From positions 62,344-126,343 of the forward strand of contig CAZGJX010000001.1 of the NCBI GenBank assembly GCA_964525635.1: 64,000 bases of DNA, read 5' to 3'. Position 1 is the first letter of the stretch; every line of letters begins with the position of its first letter. A program made the translations under genes and the position numbers. Origin of the DNA: an uncultured archaeon. GTDB lineage: Archaea > Asgardarchaeota > Lokiarchaeia > Sigyniarchaeales > SOKP01. This document shows positions 19,204 to 29,917 of this stretch, one piece after another. The notes under the pieces are model-generated. The model saw only the letters and a program-made list of their open reading frames with translations, made no database searches and was not told the origin of the DNA.

Positions 19204-22200
19204 TTAACTTTCATTTAATTGATGAAATACTTTACAAATAATTTGATCTTGGGACATTTCACATCTCATTTTTAAAAGAGAAATAACTCTATTTTTAGTA
19301 TCATCATCTTCAACATTAATAGTACGTCCTAATATCAAAGCAATCGATCTTTGTAATTCAATTGAGAATTCATCACTAAGATGTTTTAATAGACTTGGTA
19401 ATAAATTCTTAAGACCTTTTCTTTTAATTAATTCAACCATAACATTAATTATTCGATTTCTTACATCTTTAGAGGGATCATCTAATAATGATATTATTTC
19501 ATCAAATACTTTTTCAATATTATCCTGAGCAAAAATCTTTAATAATCCCACAGTTGCTTCTCTTACATTTTCATCTTTATGGTTAATATTGTCTAATATT
19601 TTTTGAAAGGGTATTTTAGAAACGTTGATATCTTTGATATCAGAAAGTAAATTTAATACTGAGCGCCTTACCCAGCTCTCATTATCATCAAGAAGAGGAA
19701 TGAGTTTTTCAATAATAAAATCTTTATCTTCTATTTTATGAATAATATTACCAAGACTGGTAATAGCCGCTTGTCTTACGATCCAATCTTTGTCTATTAG
19801 AGTTTTATTTAGTAGATATTCAATTGATTTTTTATAATCATCAATATTTTCTCCAATTCTACCTAAAATCTTTGTTGCAGATTCTCTAATAAATGAGTCT
19901 TTATCATTTAATAAATTATCAATAGAATCTATTTGTATGAATTTTGGCGTTTTTTCCACTATTTCAGATAAAGATTTTACTAAGGTTATTTTTACAGTTA
20001 TTTCCTGTTGATTAAATATCTCAAATAACTCGGGCATTATTGATTTTATTAATTTTGGTTCGATTTTAGCGATATTAGTAAATAAATTTATAATTTCATT
20101 TTTTAATTTCACATCCCATGGTTTTTTTAAAATTATAATTAGAGGTTCTACGTCAATTAATTCAGGAAATTCAGTTGCAAGCCCTTCTAATGTGGATATT
20201 GCATTTAAACATATATCTTCTGTTTCTACCTTTATTATCTTATTCAATTTAGGGATTATATCTTTTGGATACTTTTTTGCTATTCTTATTAGAGTTCTTG
20301 AAATAATACCTTTTGTTAAGAATTTTGAAATTTCTGGGATTTTGATTAAATTATTAAATATTAAATCTGGATTTGATTGATATTTTTCAACAAAAATATC
20401 TGAGATTTTTTCTTTTATTTTGATATTATCATAATTAATAAAATTTGATAATATTTCAATAATTTTTTCAGGATTTTTATCCCATATTTTTCCTAATAAA
20501 ATTAAAATACTGAGCAATCTATTAGGATCTCTTTCATCTATTCTATTTATTATTTGGTTTAGTTCAATTGCTTTTGGTTTTTCCTCTATATATTTACCAA
20601 GAAGCAGTATTGAAGCATTTCGTACTTTTTCATCAGGATCAATTAAACCATCTAATAATGAAGTAAGAGAGATTGGGAGCTTATAAAAATCTTTAAATTC
20701 TGCTAATAATTCGTATAAGGATGCTCTAACTGAACTAGACGGGTCAGTCATTAATGGTAATACTTTTGAGATTAATTCAGATTTTAAATTATCTTTAGTT
20801 ATTAATTTAATGTGTTTAATTGCAGTAGCTCTAATATTTTTATTATTATGTCCTATTTTTTTTATTAAAATCTCAGTAGGAATAGTGGTTGATGATTTAG
20901 ATAATAGTTTTATTAGTTCAATTTGAATATTACTGTCTGGATTGTTTAATAACTCTTGAATGTTTAATTCTTGAATCAGGTCTTTATTATATTCTATTAA
21001 TCTTGAAATGATTTTTAACGATATTTCTCTCATTCTCCATTCAGGATCATTAATAAGATCAAAAAAGATACTAAGTTGTAATTTTTGAAGATGTTTTATA
21101 TCTACTTCTAATAATGATCTTGCTATTGGAATACTCTTATCATAATTAGGCGAATATAAAGCTTCTTTTATCCAAATTGCTATACTATTAGGTGAATCTT
21201 TAAGAAGTTGAGTAAAGATTCTATAACAAATCCTTCGTGTTTTAGCATCTGGATCACATATCCCATCAAATAAAGGATTTTTATATTTCACCTTATTTAT
21301 ATCATATTCTTTTTTCAGAGGTATCCTTTCATACATATTAATTAAAGTTTGTTCAGCATATTTTTGAATCTTAAGATCACTACTTTTAATAAAATTAAAG
21401 AGAGGGATTGGATCAAATTTTTGGCCACATTCTGTAATCTTAGAATGATATAAATTAATAGAGAAACTATTTTTTTTATTAATAAAATAATATAAAATAA
21501 AAATAACAATAAATATTTCTTCTATAACTGCAGGTATTGCAAATAATGGAAAATTAATAGGAATAGGGATTGGTTTTGTTAATACCCAAGCATTTAAAGT
21601 TTCTGTTAATTTTTTAATATTTACAATTAGGAAATTTACAAATATATTTATTCCAACTGCAGCCATAAGATAAGCAGCAAAATAGATATCTATACCTCTA
21701 TATTTTATCTTTCTTCCCCAAAATCGAGTAAAATATCCAATTACTCCAAAAAGTAAAGTAATAAATACCATTCCAGAATAAGAATATGTTGAGATTGCTA
21801 AAGATCCTGTAAATAGAAAATTTAAAGTTTGTATCATAGAAACCCATTGCCAAACAAAAACAAATAACATAAAACCAATAAGTATTCTTGGTAATGGATC
21901 ATTAGCAAATTCATTTAATGATCTCTTCGAATCTTCAAATCCAAGAAAGAGAGATCTATTTAAATCAGGTAAATGAAAAAAGGAATTTGTAATTCCAGCA
22001 ATATATCCCTTTGCGCCAAAATAGGTTAAGATCATCATTGGATAGATTAAAAACCAAGTTATCCAAACAATTATCAAGGGTACTCCTAAAAATGATATTA
22101 TGATGGGTGGAATTATAAAGACACCTATATATAGAGAAATAGCGATAAATACAGAAAGAATTTTTGAATTAAATCGGGCAATAATATTTTTTCCCAAGAT

Positions 22201-22572
22201 TTTATGAAATATCGTAAGCCCTTCATGTGATTTTGAACTCATAGCAATGAATATAAAATCAATTAATGGATATATAGAAATATATCCCAAACATAATGCT
22301 ATTGGTATGGATAACATTAGAGGATTAATATCCTCTTGAGGTTTAATTGTACTCAATTCCCAAAGTTCAGGAGATTTTATAGCAAATATAAATGCCATCA
22401 CCATTACAATCATAAGTGCCATACTAAAAACAATACCATAAAAAACACATAATAATCCATCTTTTAGAGAGAATTCTCCCTTTTTTACTAAATTGACTTG
22501 TTTATATATGATAAAGAATCCTAAAATGGCAAAAATAAAGAATATAATAAATAAAATTATTTCAGCAATCAA
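19204..22572 (-). CDS. Multi-pass membrane protein fused to a long HEAT-repeat alpha-solenoid
   Basis: About 9 hydrophobic helices in the first ~365 aa; then repeated D-x-x-x-x-VR-x-x-A/S motifs (DPEWRMR, DPSSSVR, DPDEKVR, DKDWIVR, DNESWVR). Confidence 0.85.
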   Translation of the reverse strand: MIAEIILFIIFFIFAILGFFIIYKQVNLVKKGEFSLKDGLLCVFYGIVFSMALMIVMVMAFIFAIKSPELWELSTIKPQEDINPLMLSIPIALCLGYISIYPLIDFIFIAMSSKSHEGLTIFHKILGKNIIARFNSKILSVFIAISLYIGVFIIPPIIISFLGVPLIIVWITWFLIYPMMILTYFGAKGYIAGITNSFFHLPDLNRSLFLGFEDSKRSLNEFANDPLPRILIGFMLFVFVWQWVSMIQTLNFLFTGSLAISTYSYSGMVFITLLFGVIGYFTRFWGRKIKYRGIDIYFAAYLMAAVGINIFVNFLIVNIKKLTETLNAWVLTKPIPIPINFPLFAIPAVIEEIFIVIFILYYFINKKNSFSINLYHSKITECGQKFDPIPLFNFIKSSDLKIQKYAEQTLINMYERIPLKKEYDINKVKYKNPLFDGICDPDAKTRRICYRIFTQLLKDSPNSIAIWIKEALYSPNYDKSIPIARSLLEVDIKHLQKLQLSIFFDLINDPEWRMREISLKIISRLIEYNKDLIQELNIQELLNNPDSNIQIELIKLLSKSSTTIPTEILIKKIGHNNKNIRATAIKHIKLITKDNLKSELISKVLPLMTDPSSSVRASLYELLAEFKDFYKLPISLTSLLDGLIDPDEKVRNASILLLGKYIEEKPKAIELNQIINRIDERDPNRLLSILILLGKIWDKNPEKIIEILSNFINYDNIKIKEKISDIFVEKYQSNPDLIFNNLIKIPEISKFLTKGIISRTLIRIAKKYPKDIIPKLNKIIKVETEDICLNAISTLEGLATEFPELIDVEPLIIILKKPWDVKLKNEIINLFTNIAKIEPKLIKSIMPELFEIFNQQEITVKITLVKSLSEIVEKTPKFIQIDSIDNLLNDKDSFIRESATKILGRIGENIDDYKKSIEYLLNKTLIDKDWIVRQAAITSLGNIIHKIEDKDFIIEKLIPLLDDNESWVRRSVLNLLSDIKDINVSKIPFQKILDNINHKDENVREATVGLLKIFAQDNIEKVFDEIISLLDDPSKDVRNRIINVMVELIKRKGLKNLLPSLLKHLSDEFSIELQRSIALILGRTINVEDDDTKNRVISLLKMRCEMSQDQIICKVFHQLNES

Positions 22573-22699
22573 TATAATTCACGGAAATTAGTAATATCTA
22601 AATAAAAAATTATATTTTAATTTTTCAATTAGTATTATAATAAAGTTACATTAAAGATATAAAATTATTTTAAATTATAAAAACTATTGAGTTGGAAAA

Positions 22700-23260
22700 T
22701 TGTTAAAAATAAAAGAAAATATGAGAGATTCTTTAAAGAGAATAAATTTTATTTATAAAAATCAAAAAATTTTAACAGAATGTATAAAAGATTTTAAAGG
22801 CTTCTCATTATTAAATGAAAAAATAGGTCCGTATCAAAAAGGAAAAACTTACCAAATAAAACTCTTTTTAGCTATACCCCTTATTAAAAATAACATTTTA
22901 AAGGTTGCACATGAAGATAAATGTGATAATATTGATGTACAAAGATATGCGATTAGTGAAAGAGATGATCTTAAATTAAGAAATTTAGAAAGTAAATTTT
23001 TTCTAAATAAAATTAAGGAGTTTGACTTTTTTATGAAAAAATCAGTAGATATAGGAGAAAAACCTAAATCAGATTTAGATAGGTTTAATTCTTATAAAAC
23101 TAATATCATAGATAGTAGACTTTTAAAGCTGTTAAGATTGGCAACAACAGAATTAACACTTTCAGATGAGAAAAGGTTAACTAATTCAGAACAAATTTTA
23201 TTTTCAAGTATCTCTGAACTTATATATATTTGGAGAAATTATTTTTTGAACCAGAATTAA
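22700..23260 (+). CDS. gins23: GINS23 (Psf2/Psf3-like) subunit
   Basis: B domain first (IGPYQKGKTYQIKLFLAIPL), then helical A domain (IIDSRLLKLLRLA...LTNSEQILF); close to mcm. Confidence 0.7.
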   Translation: MLKIKENMRDSLKRINFIYKNQKILTECIKDFKGFSLLNEKIGPYQKGKTYQIKLFLAIPLIKNNILKVAHEDKCDNIDVQRYAISERDDLKLRNLESKFFLNKIKEFDFFMKKSVDIGEKPKSDLDRFNSYKTNIIDSRLLKLLRLATTELTLSDEKRLTNSEQILFSSISELIYIWRNYFLNQN

Positions 23261-23332
23261 AAAAACATATCTGAATAAATTAACTTAAAGTTATCGATAA
23301 CTTTCAGACACCTAGACTCTTTTTTAAAGGTT

Positions 23333-23728
23333 TTAACTTTTTAAATTTTGTGATATATTTTTCGCTCTTTTAGCTATTTTTTTATTTGGATTATTTAATA
23401 AATTATCCAAGAATGGAGAAATATGATTAGCTGCTTTAACATTTGATTCGGATAATTCTTGAAATTTTTCAAGAATTGAAATTATTTCGTCCTGATCATT
23501 ATTTTCAAAAACTTTCTTTAATTTAGGAATTGCTATCGAGGTTAAAATCTCATCTAAATATTTAGAAATTTCATTTTGGACTTTATCATCACGATAACTT
23601 CTAAGTTTGTTATTTCGGATATATTCCACAAATATAAAAGATAATTCAATTGGCCAATTTTGTATCTTTTCTTCTTCAATTAATTGAATCACTCCTCCAT
23701 TTTCTTTATAGAATATTTTCATATCCAA
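23333..23728 (-). CDS. Hypothetical helical protein (HEAT-like C-terminus), overlapping the end of top6A
   Basis: 131-aa ORF overlapping top6A by 10 nt. Confidence 0.6.
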   Translation of the reverse strand: MDMKIFYKENGGVIQLIEEEKIQNWPIELSFIFVEYIRNNKLRSYRDDKVQNEISKYLDEILTSIAIPKLKKVFENNDQDEIISILEKFQELSESNVKAANHISPFLDNLLNNPNKKIAKRAKNISQNLKS

Positions 23729-24906
23729 TCACCAGTTGTCAATTTTTCAGGTAAATATGTCTCAGTTAGAAAATCAATTCCTTTTGAAGAAAAAGCTTGT
23801 ATTTCTGCTTTTGTTTTTAATTTAATAGATAATTTTATATCTTCTTCCCAATTTTTATTTTTCTTTACAAAATCTTCTTTTAACATATCATTAGCACGTT
23901 TTAAGTCCTGTTTTGTCATTTTTAGTCGTACATCATTTTTTATCTTATAAGTGTCTAAATCTCTGGTCAAAACCCCAAGTAATTTAATATTGGGGGTTGC
24001 AAGAAATGGTGTTTCATAGCTTAAGCGTTTAGATCCCCTTAAATATACAGAGTGAATATAATGACCATAAGGATCACTATCAACTAAGGTAAATGCAGGA
24101 AGATTTAATTCTTTAGTTAATCTTTTTAAGAACATACGGGTTGCCACGTTTCCAACACCTTGAGCAGTCAATAAAATACATGGATATGTACGCCAAAATC
24201 GAACTTCAGCTAAATCCATCATTGCTGCACTTTTTTCAATTACTAATATAAATTCAGCATCAGATTCAATTATCTCAATTTCATCCAACATGGGGGATAT
24301 TGTCCAAGCCCCACTTCCTTGATTCTCAAGATCAATAATATCATTTTTATCTCTGATTCGTAATCTTCCTACACATGAACCTCTCGGATTGGCAACTATA
24401 TGAGTGGCATTTCTTGTTGTATAGAGCATCGTTGCAGCATCTTCTATACTTTTATCACTATTTTTTTGTTCTTTAAATAAATCAACGTCCATATAAAAAA
24501 CATGTCTTTTTGTGATATGTCGGTTTTTTTTCAATAACTCATGGACTACTTCGAGAATTTTCATTAGGCGAGTAATATCTGCTACACTTGTAAGTGTATG
24601 AAATTGTTTTTCCATGATTTGTTTTCCTAGTAGTAATAAATCATTTTCTTCATCCCATATAATATTCGAACTTGCTCTAGAAGGTAAATGGAAAGAGGGT
24701 TTCCCATTTTCAAATATTTTTTCAATTAAATCATCAATTAATTTATATAATCGATTTAATGTGTCTTTTCTGTTGAGATCATCAATTTTCACTGTGTTTG
24801 GAGGGAGATTAATACTAAGATTTTCTAATCTCCTTTCTAAATAACTTTTAAATAACTCTTTAGTTGCTTTTAAATCATATTCTTTAATCTTTAATCTATT
24901 TTCCAT
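23719..24906 (-). CDS. top6A: DNA topoisomerase VI subunit A (start likely ATG 24906 after SD AGGTGA)
   Basis: TKRHVFY catalytic Tyr helix, ILVIEK, TOPRIM DSDPYG, KAEIQA. Confidence 0.95.
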   Translation of the reverse strand: MENRLKIKEYDLKATKELFKSYLERRLENLSINLPPNTVKIDDLNRKDTLNRLYKLIDDLIEKIFENGKPSFHLPSRASSNIIWDEENDLLLLGKQIMEKQFHTLTSVADITRLMKILEVVHELLKKNRHITKRHVFYMDVDLFKEQKNSDKSIEDAATMLYTTRNATHIVANPRGSCVGRLRIRDKNDIIDLENQGSGAWTISPMLDEIEIIESDAEFILVIEKSAAMMDLAEVRFWRTYPCILLTAQGVGNVATRMFLKRLTKELNLPAFTLVDSDPYGHYIHSVYLRGSKRLSYETPFLATPNIKLLGVLTRDLDTYKIKNDVRLKMTKQDLKRANDMLKEDFVKKNKNWEEDIKLSIKLKTKAEIQAFSSKGIDFLTETYLPEKLTTGDWI

Positions 24907-24916
24907 ATATTTCACC

Positions 24917-27900
24917 TTATTTTAATTTCCAATGATGTTTTCCCATTTTTGACATAACTAAAATTGTTCCTTTTCTCTCTAACTCTTTTAATTTGACCTG
25001 TAATAATCTTGCATCTAACATATCTTTAATCCTTAATTTAAAAATTAAATGTTTAATTGTTAACCACTCCTCCTTATCCAAGGCTTTCAAAATTACATCA
25101 TTTGTTAATATGGGCAATTTTGTTTGTTTTACCTTTGTAGGAGATGGAGTAGGAGAAGGTTTAGGTTTTATTATTGGTTTTGTAACAGATTTTTGTATTA
25201 TAGGTTTTGTAACAGATTTTTGTATTATAGGTTTTGTTACTGGTTTCATTACAGGTTTTATTATGGTAGTTTTTGCTATTGGTTTTTTTTCATCAAGGAT
25301 TTTTTTACTTATTATTAATTCTTCTTTTATTTTTTCTTCTTTTTCTACTTTTGGTTTTATGATTTCTTCTTTTTCCTTTATAGAAGATTCTAAGCTAGTT
25401 GCTGTCGATGATACAATAGGGATTGGTTTTCTAATAGCTTCTCTCATCAGAGTCTCTAGTTTATTTCGGGTTATTTCTTCTTTATACTTACTGCTATCAG
25501 AAGCAATGTTATAGAGACTTTCTACAAATTTAGGAATATATTTTTCTATAAGATTTGTCCTTTTTTCCATTCTATGCATTTTCTCTCTTCTATTAAGATA
25601 TATCCTTAATCGTCTCCCAACTGCTTCTAGACAATATTTTATTTCACTTATTAATCCTTCATCATCAGCTAAAGCATTTTTTGATTGAGATTTAAACATT
25701 AAATGAACATAAGGACCTGATACATTTATTAATAATCTTATGGGACCTTTAGGAAGCCCATTTTCAAAAAGTTCTAAATTGTAATTTTTCCATTTTACTG
25801 ATTGGACTGCTTTAGTAATAGCGCAATCAGCTGTATCTCTTAATTTTGGAGTTCTATTTACAAATCTAGATAAAACATCTCTTGATCTTTTTGGAGTTTC
25901 TAATTTATTTGAATATGCCATAACCGCTTCAACAACATAGGCTAATCCTTTTCCACTTGTTGGATTTCTTGTTTCTGCTGCAACAAAATCATCATCTTTA
26001 GTAAAATTATCAATAAAGTATTCAAATACTTCTTTATAATCATATTCTTTAGCTTCTTCAGAGGGAATTAAAAGTGAATCTATTTTATTAACTAATGTTT
26101 CTATTTCTATATTTTCATTATTTAACAGAAAAGAAGATAAGATTTTAGAATTGATATCTATTATTTCAGCTTCTTCTACTTTAACACTATCTAATTCTAT
26201 ACTTTCAGGATTTTCTTTTATAAGAGAATTCTTTTTTTCATATAATAGATCTTTTGATATTTGGGTTAAATCTTGCTCTGAAGAACCAAAATCATCCAGA
26301 TTTTCTGACACTCTTAAACCTAATTCTTTAATTAATGTATTTTCTAAAACAATATCTCCTACAGGGACAACTGTATCTGTTGGAGGGGCCATATATTTAA
26401 CAGACTTAAATGCATAGAATAATGAATTAAATTGATTATTAGTTAAATTATCTGGTTTTGCTTCAGTAATTTTAACTTCTTTAACCAAATCTTTATATTT
26501 ATTATTAATATTTTTGTTTTTTACTTCTTTAAAATCGGTAGCGTTAAATTTTATTATAATATTTATACTTTCCTTAATTTTTTCTTTCTCTATCGTGATT
26601 TTTTCAATATTTTGACGATGGGCCTTTACCTCTGCTTTAATTTGTTTAATTTCTTTTTTTGTATTAACATTTTGGATTTTATCTTTTAATTTTTTTATTT
26701 TTTTGTGAATATCTTCAATTTCATTATATTTTTTATCATAATCAACTATTTTATCCCAATATAATTTTTTTAAATCCTCTGAAATAATTTCATATATAAT
26801 AAGTTTATCTCTAGGTCTATCTGATCTTCCATAAACTCTTTTTTCAATTCGGATAAAGTAAATTGGTTGATTAATTTTTTTTGTTTTATTTATTGATCCA
26901 TCTTTTAGGACAAAAAAATTTAATTTGTCTTGTAGATCCTTTTCAGCAAGATTTGTCACCTCTCTTGCTGTTTTATTACTCATTCTTACGAAATTATCTT
27001 GTAGAAATGCTGATAAAGTGAGATTGTTTGATTTAGCTAATAAATCTTGAAGATCTCCTATATTTGTGGATGATGGATGTGGTTTTGCATATTTTGGTTG
27101 AGAAGGAAATGAGGAGACCTTACGTGGAAATATGAATTCCTTATTATATGGATCAATAAAAATAATTGTTGCATGAGGATTCATTAAAGCAGTTTGTTGA
27201 ATATAGGTATCGACATAACCTCTTACATATTTTATATTTAGATAATGAAGTTTTATATATGTACCATGAAGGAAAGGTGAATCAATTTCTGTAGGATGGA
27301 TAACATATTTTTTTTCATTTTTTGATGTTGTAAAAAACTCGGAAGCAGAAGCATATAAATTATCAATATCTTTTGAAATAACAACAATTGGGTTTCCTGT
27401 GGTATTTTGAGCATCACTAAAGGCACTTGGAGCACCAAATCCTTGACTACCTCGTGTTTGTTTTAATTCTGTACTTTTAGATGATGCTAGATATTTACCA
27501 TATTTTCTTAAATCTACTTTTGACATTCCATGTCCATTATCAAAAATTTCAAATTTATAACTCATTATATTTTTTGCGTCAATTTCTCCTGTCAAAAGCG
27601 AATGTGCTTCTGATTCTGTCATTCGAATAATAACTAATGGTTCTTTATCAATTATGTTAATATTATTAGCTGGTTGGAGAAGACTCTCCATATCTTTAAT
27701 GATACTTTTAACTTCTATTTCTTCTATTTCTTCCTTTTTTTTTGATAATAATACTGTCTTATCAACTTTCTTTTTATCATCTTCACGTAAATCATCATAA
27801 TGATATTCGGACTTTATTTCTTCAATTAGCGTTCGCTTAGCTTCATTATCGAGTTTTTGAGTTTTTTCTTCTTCTTTTTCTTTCATTAAAATTGAAAAAC

Positions 27901-28129
27901 TTTCTAATTGAATATCTTGATCTAAAGTATATATTATTTGAGAACCTTTTTTCTTTAATTCATCCCATTGGTAAGATTCAATCGCATCAAGTGCATTATC
28001 TAAAAATTCAGCACAATATTGTGTATGTTTCCAATATCCAAACTCAAAACCAACTAATTGGGTTCGCTTTCGCATAAACTGTGCTATTGTTCCTTGTTTT
28101 ATTTGTCCTTCCTCTTCATCACCAGTAAT
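24917..28129 (-). CDS. top6B: DNA topoisomerase VI subunit B, greatly extended; start probably upstream of the tracked ATG 28075 (ATT at 28129)
   Basis: EFLDNALDA, FDNGHGM, TRGSQGFG, NPHA, KPHP, RFVNRTP, FKSQSK; frame open 18 codons upstream (ITGDEEEGQIKQGTIAQF). Confidence 0.93.
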   Translation of the reverse strand: MTGDEEEGQIKQGTIAQFMRKRTQLVGFEFGYWKHTQYCAEFLDNALDAIESYQWDELKKKGSQIIYTLDQDIQLESFSILMKEKEEEKTQKLDNEAKRTLIEEIKSEYHYDDLREDDKKKVDKTVLLSKKKEEIEEIEVKSIIKDMESLLQPANNINIIDKEPLVIIRMTESEAHSLLTGEIDAKNIMSYKFEIFDNGHGMSKVDLRKYGKYLASSKSTELKQTRGSQGFGAPSAFSDAQNTTGNPIVVISKDIDNLYASASEFFTTSKNEKKYVIHPTEIDSPFLHGTYIKLHYLNIKYVRGYVDTYIQQTALMNPHATIIFIDPYNKEFIFPRKVSSFPSQPKYAKPHPSSTNIGDLQDLLAKSNNLTLSAFLQDNFVRMSNKTAREVTNLAEKDLQDKLNFFVLKDGSINKTKKINQPIYFIRIEKRVYGRSDRPRDKLIIYEIISEDLKKLYWDKIVDYDKKYNEIEDIHKKIKKLKDKIQNVNTKKEIKQIKAEVKAHRQNIEKITIEKEKIKESINIIIKFNATDFKEVKNKNINNKYKDLVKEVKITEAKPDNLTNNQFNSLFYAFKSVKYMAPPTDTVVPVGDIVLENTLIKELGLRVSENLDDFGSSEQDLTQISKDLLYEKKNSLIKENPESIELDSVKVEEAEIIDINSKILSSFLLNNENIEIETLVNKIDSLLIPSEEAKEYDYKEVFEYFIDNFTKDDDFVAAETRNPTSGKGLAYVVEAVMAYSNKLETPKRSRDVLSRFVNRTPKLRDTADCAITKAVQSVKWKNYNLELFENGLPKGPIRLLINVSGPYVHLMFKSQSKNALADDEGLISEIKYCLEAVGRRLRIYLNRREKMHRMEKRTNLIEKYIPKFVESLYNIASDSSKYKEEITRNKLETLMREAIRKPIPIVSSTATSLESSIKEKEEIIKPKVEKEEKIKEELIISKKILDEKKPIAKTTIIKPVMKPVTKPIIQKSVTKPIIQKSVTKPIIKPKPSPTPSPTKVKQTKLPILTNDVILKALDKEEWLTIKHLIFKLRIKDMLDARLLQVKLKELERKGTILVMSKMGKHHWKLK
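25176..25240 (+). repeat. 27-bp tandem repeat (2 perfect copies plus a partial) encoding the K/P-rich linker of Top6B (VTKPIIQKS)
   Basis: ggttttgtaacagatttttgtattata at 25176 and 25203, partial copy at 25230. Confidence 0.9.
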
Positions 28130-28480
28130 CTTAAAAACACCCCATTTTACATTTGAATATATTTTTTATAGTATTTTCATTACTCTTAATTTTTATATAT
28201 ATTAATATAGTAAGCATTATTCAATAATTGTTTTGATAATAGGTATATGATTAAATGTTTATAAACCCCACTTTCTAAGCTATATGTAGAATTTACTTCA
28301 CTTAATTTAAAATCTGATTTATTATTTAAAGTTTTTTGTTGTTATTAAATCTTTAACTTATGATGAAGAAATCAAGCTTAGAATCATATTTACTGATAAT
28401 TAATAATGATCTTTTTATAATAAGCAAGAAGAATGTTATATTTACTTTATTATTAAATTAAAATCTTAAATAATATGGTT

Positions 28481-29752
28481 TTAAAGATCTTTAATTCTAT
28501 AATTTTCTAAAACAACATCAATCAATTTAGAGGCAATATAGCGTTTAGAATGTTTTGCTATATGAGTTATATGTTTTTCTTTATCAATGATATAAACCTC
28601 ATTTTCTGTACTTTCAAATCCAATATCTTCTCTACCAATATCATTAGCTACTATAAGATCCACTTTAGATTTTTTTAGCCGAGAATATGCGCGATCAATT
28701 AATTCACTCCGAGATATATTTGATTCTGCTTTAAAAGCTACAATAAAAACTTTATTATTTACTTTCCTTGCTTCATTTATTATTTTGGGAGTTAAGGCCA
28801 TATTAACTTGAAGTTCTTCAATATCGTCAGAAGAAATTTTTCCTTCAATGATTTTAGTTGGACTATAATCGCTAATAGCAGCAGCACAGATAAATATATC
28901 AAATTCTTTATCAGTTAACTCTTTTTTGATTTTATCTATAAAATCTTGAGTTGTGGTAACATTAATTACATTTAGATAATCCGGTGGAGACACTGTGCTT
29001 TTTCCATTTATTAATAAAACATCTCCTCCTCTCGCTGAGCATTCTTTAGCAATTTCAATCCCTTGTCTACCTGAAGATTTATTGGAAACATACCTAACAG
29101 TGTCTATTGGTTCACGAGTAGGACCAGCAGTTATTAAAATCTTCTTTCCATGTAAATCTTTTTTAGATACTAATAAATCAATAACACGATCTATAATATC
29201 ATCAATTCGTGCAATCTTTGCTTTTCCTTCAGATATTCTTGGACCAAGTATTTCTACACCATATTTCTTTAATTTTTTCATATTTTCAGCAAGTATTTCA
29301 TGTCTAAACATACTTTCATGCATAGCTGGAACAATAATAATAGGTAAAGATGATCCGAAAGCAGTCGTTACTACAGTTGTAACAGGAGTATCATCAATAC
29401 CACAAGCAATCTTTGATATAGTATTTGCTGTTGCAGGACAAACTAAGATTAAATCAGCTCTACCAACCATTTTTGGTCTTTCTCCTGCTAAATATACATG
29501 TTCTACAGCACCTGATAAATTTGAAATTACTTTATTTCCAGTTGCCCAATGAATTAAAGAAGGTGATATTAATTCAGTAGCCGCTTTTGTCATAACTGCA
29601 ATAACATCAGCACCTTTCCTCATAAGTTCTCTCGCAATTATTGGAGCACTAATAATTGCAACACTTCCAGTTAAACATAAACATATAGTTTTTCCTCTTA
29701 GAATTGTACCTTCTAATTCCATTATATCTTTACTAGGATGTTTATATGACAT
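28481..29752 (-). CDS. coaBC: Bifunctional phosphopantothenoylcysteine decarboxylase/ligase
   Basis: TGSVA, PATANTISK, PAMH, TAGPTREPID.VRYVSNKSSG, AAAISDY, FKAE, IVAND. Confidence 0.95.
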   Translation of the reverse strand: MSYKHPSKDIMELEGTILRGKTICLCLTGSVAIISAPIIARELMRKGADVIAVMTKAATELISPSLIHWATGNKVISNLSGAVEHVYLAGERPKMVGRADLILVCPATANTISKIACGIDDTPVTTVVTTAFGSSLPIIIVPAMHESMFRHEILAENMKKLKKYGVEILGPRISEGKAKIARIDDIIDRVIDLLVSKKDLHGKKILITAGPTREPIDTVRYVSNKSSGRQGIEIAKECSARGGDVLLINGKSTVSPPDYLNVINVTTTQDFIDKIKKELTDKEFDIFICAAAISDYSPTKIIEGKISSDDIEELQVNMALTPKIINEARKVNNKVFIVAFKAESNISRSELIDRAYSRLKKSKVDLIVANDIGREDIGFESTENEVYIIDKEKHITHIAKHSKRYIASKLIDVVLENYRIKDL

Positions 29753-29917
29753 TTGAGCTTACCTCAAAATAATAAAAAAATCTTTTCTCTTATTAAGGTT
29801 TATAACTAGTAAAAAATACCATATCAAAAAAAATTTTCTCAACAAATTCTCTTGATAATTAAATTAATTTTATTTTCAATTAGTTCCCTTTTCATAGTAA
29901 AACGTTGACTCTACTAA

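Noticed and set aside
28360-28396. C/D box sRNA (ATGATGA...CTGA)
   Set aside because: Only 37 nt with no convincing C'/D' pair; expected by chance in AT-rich DNA.
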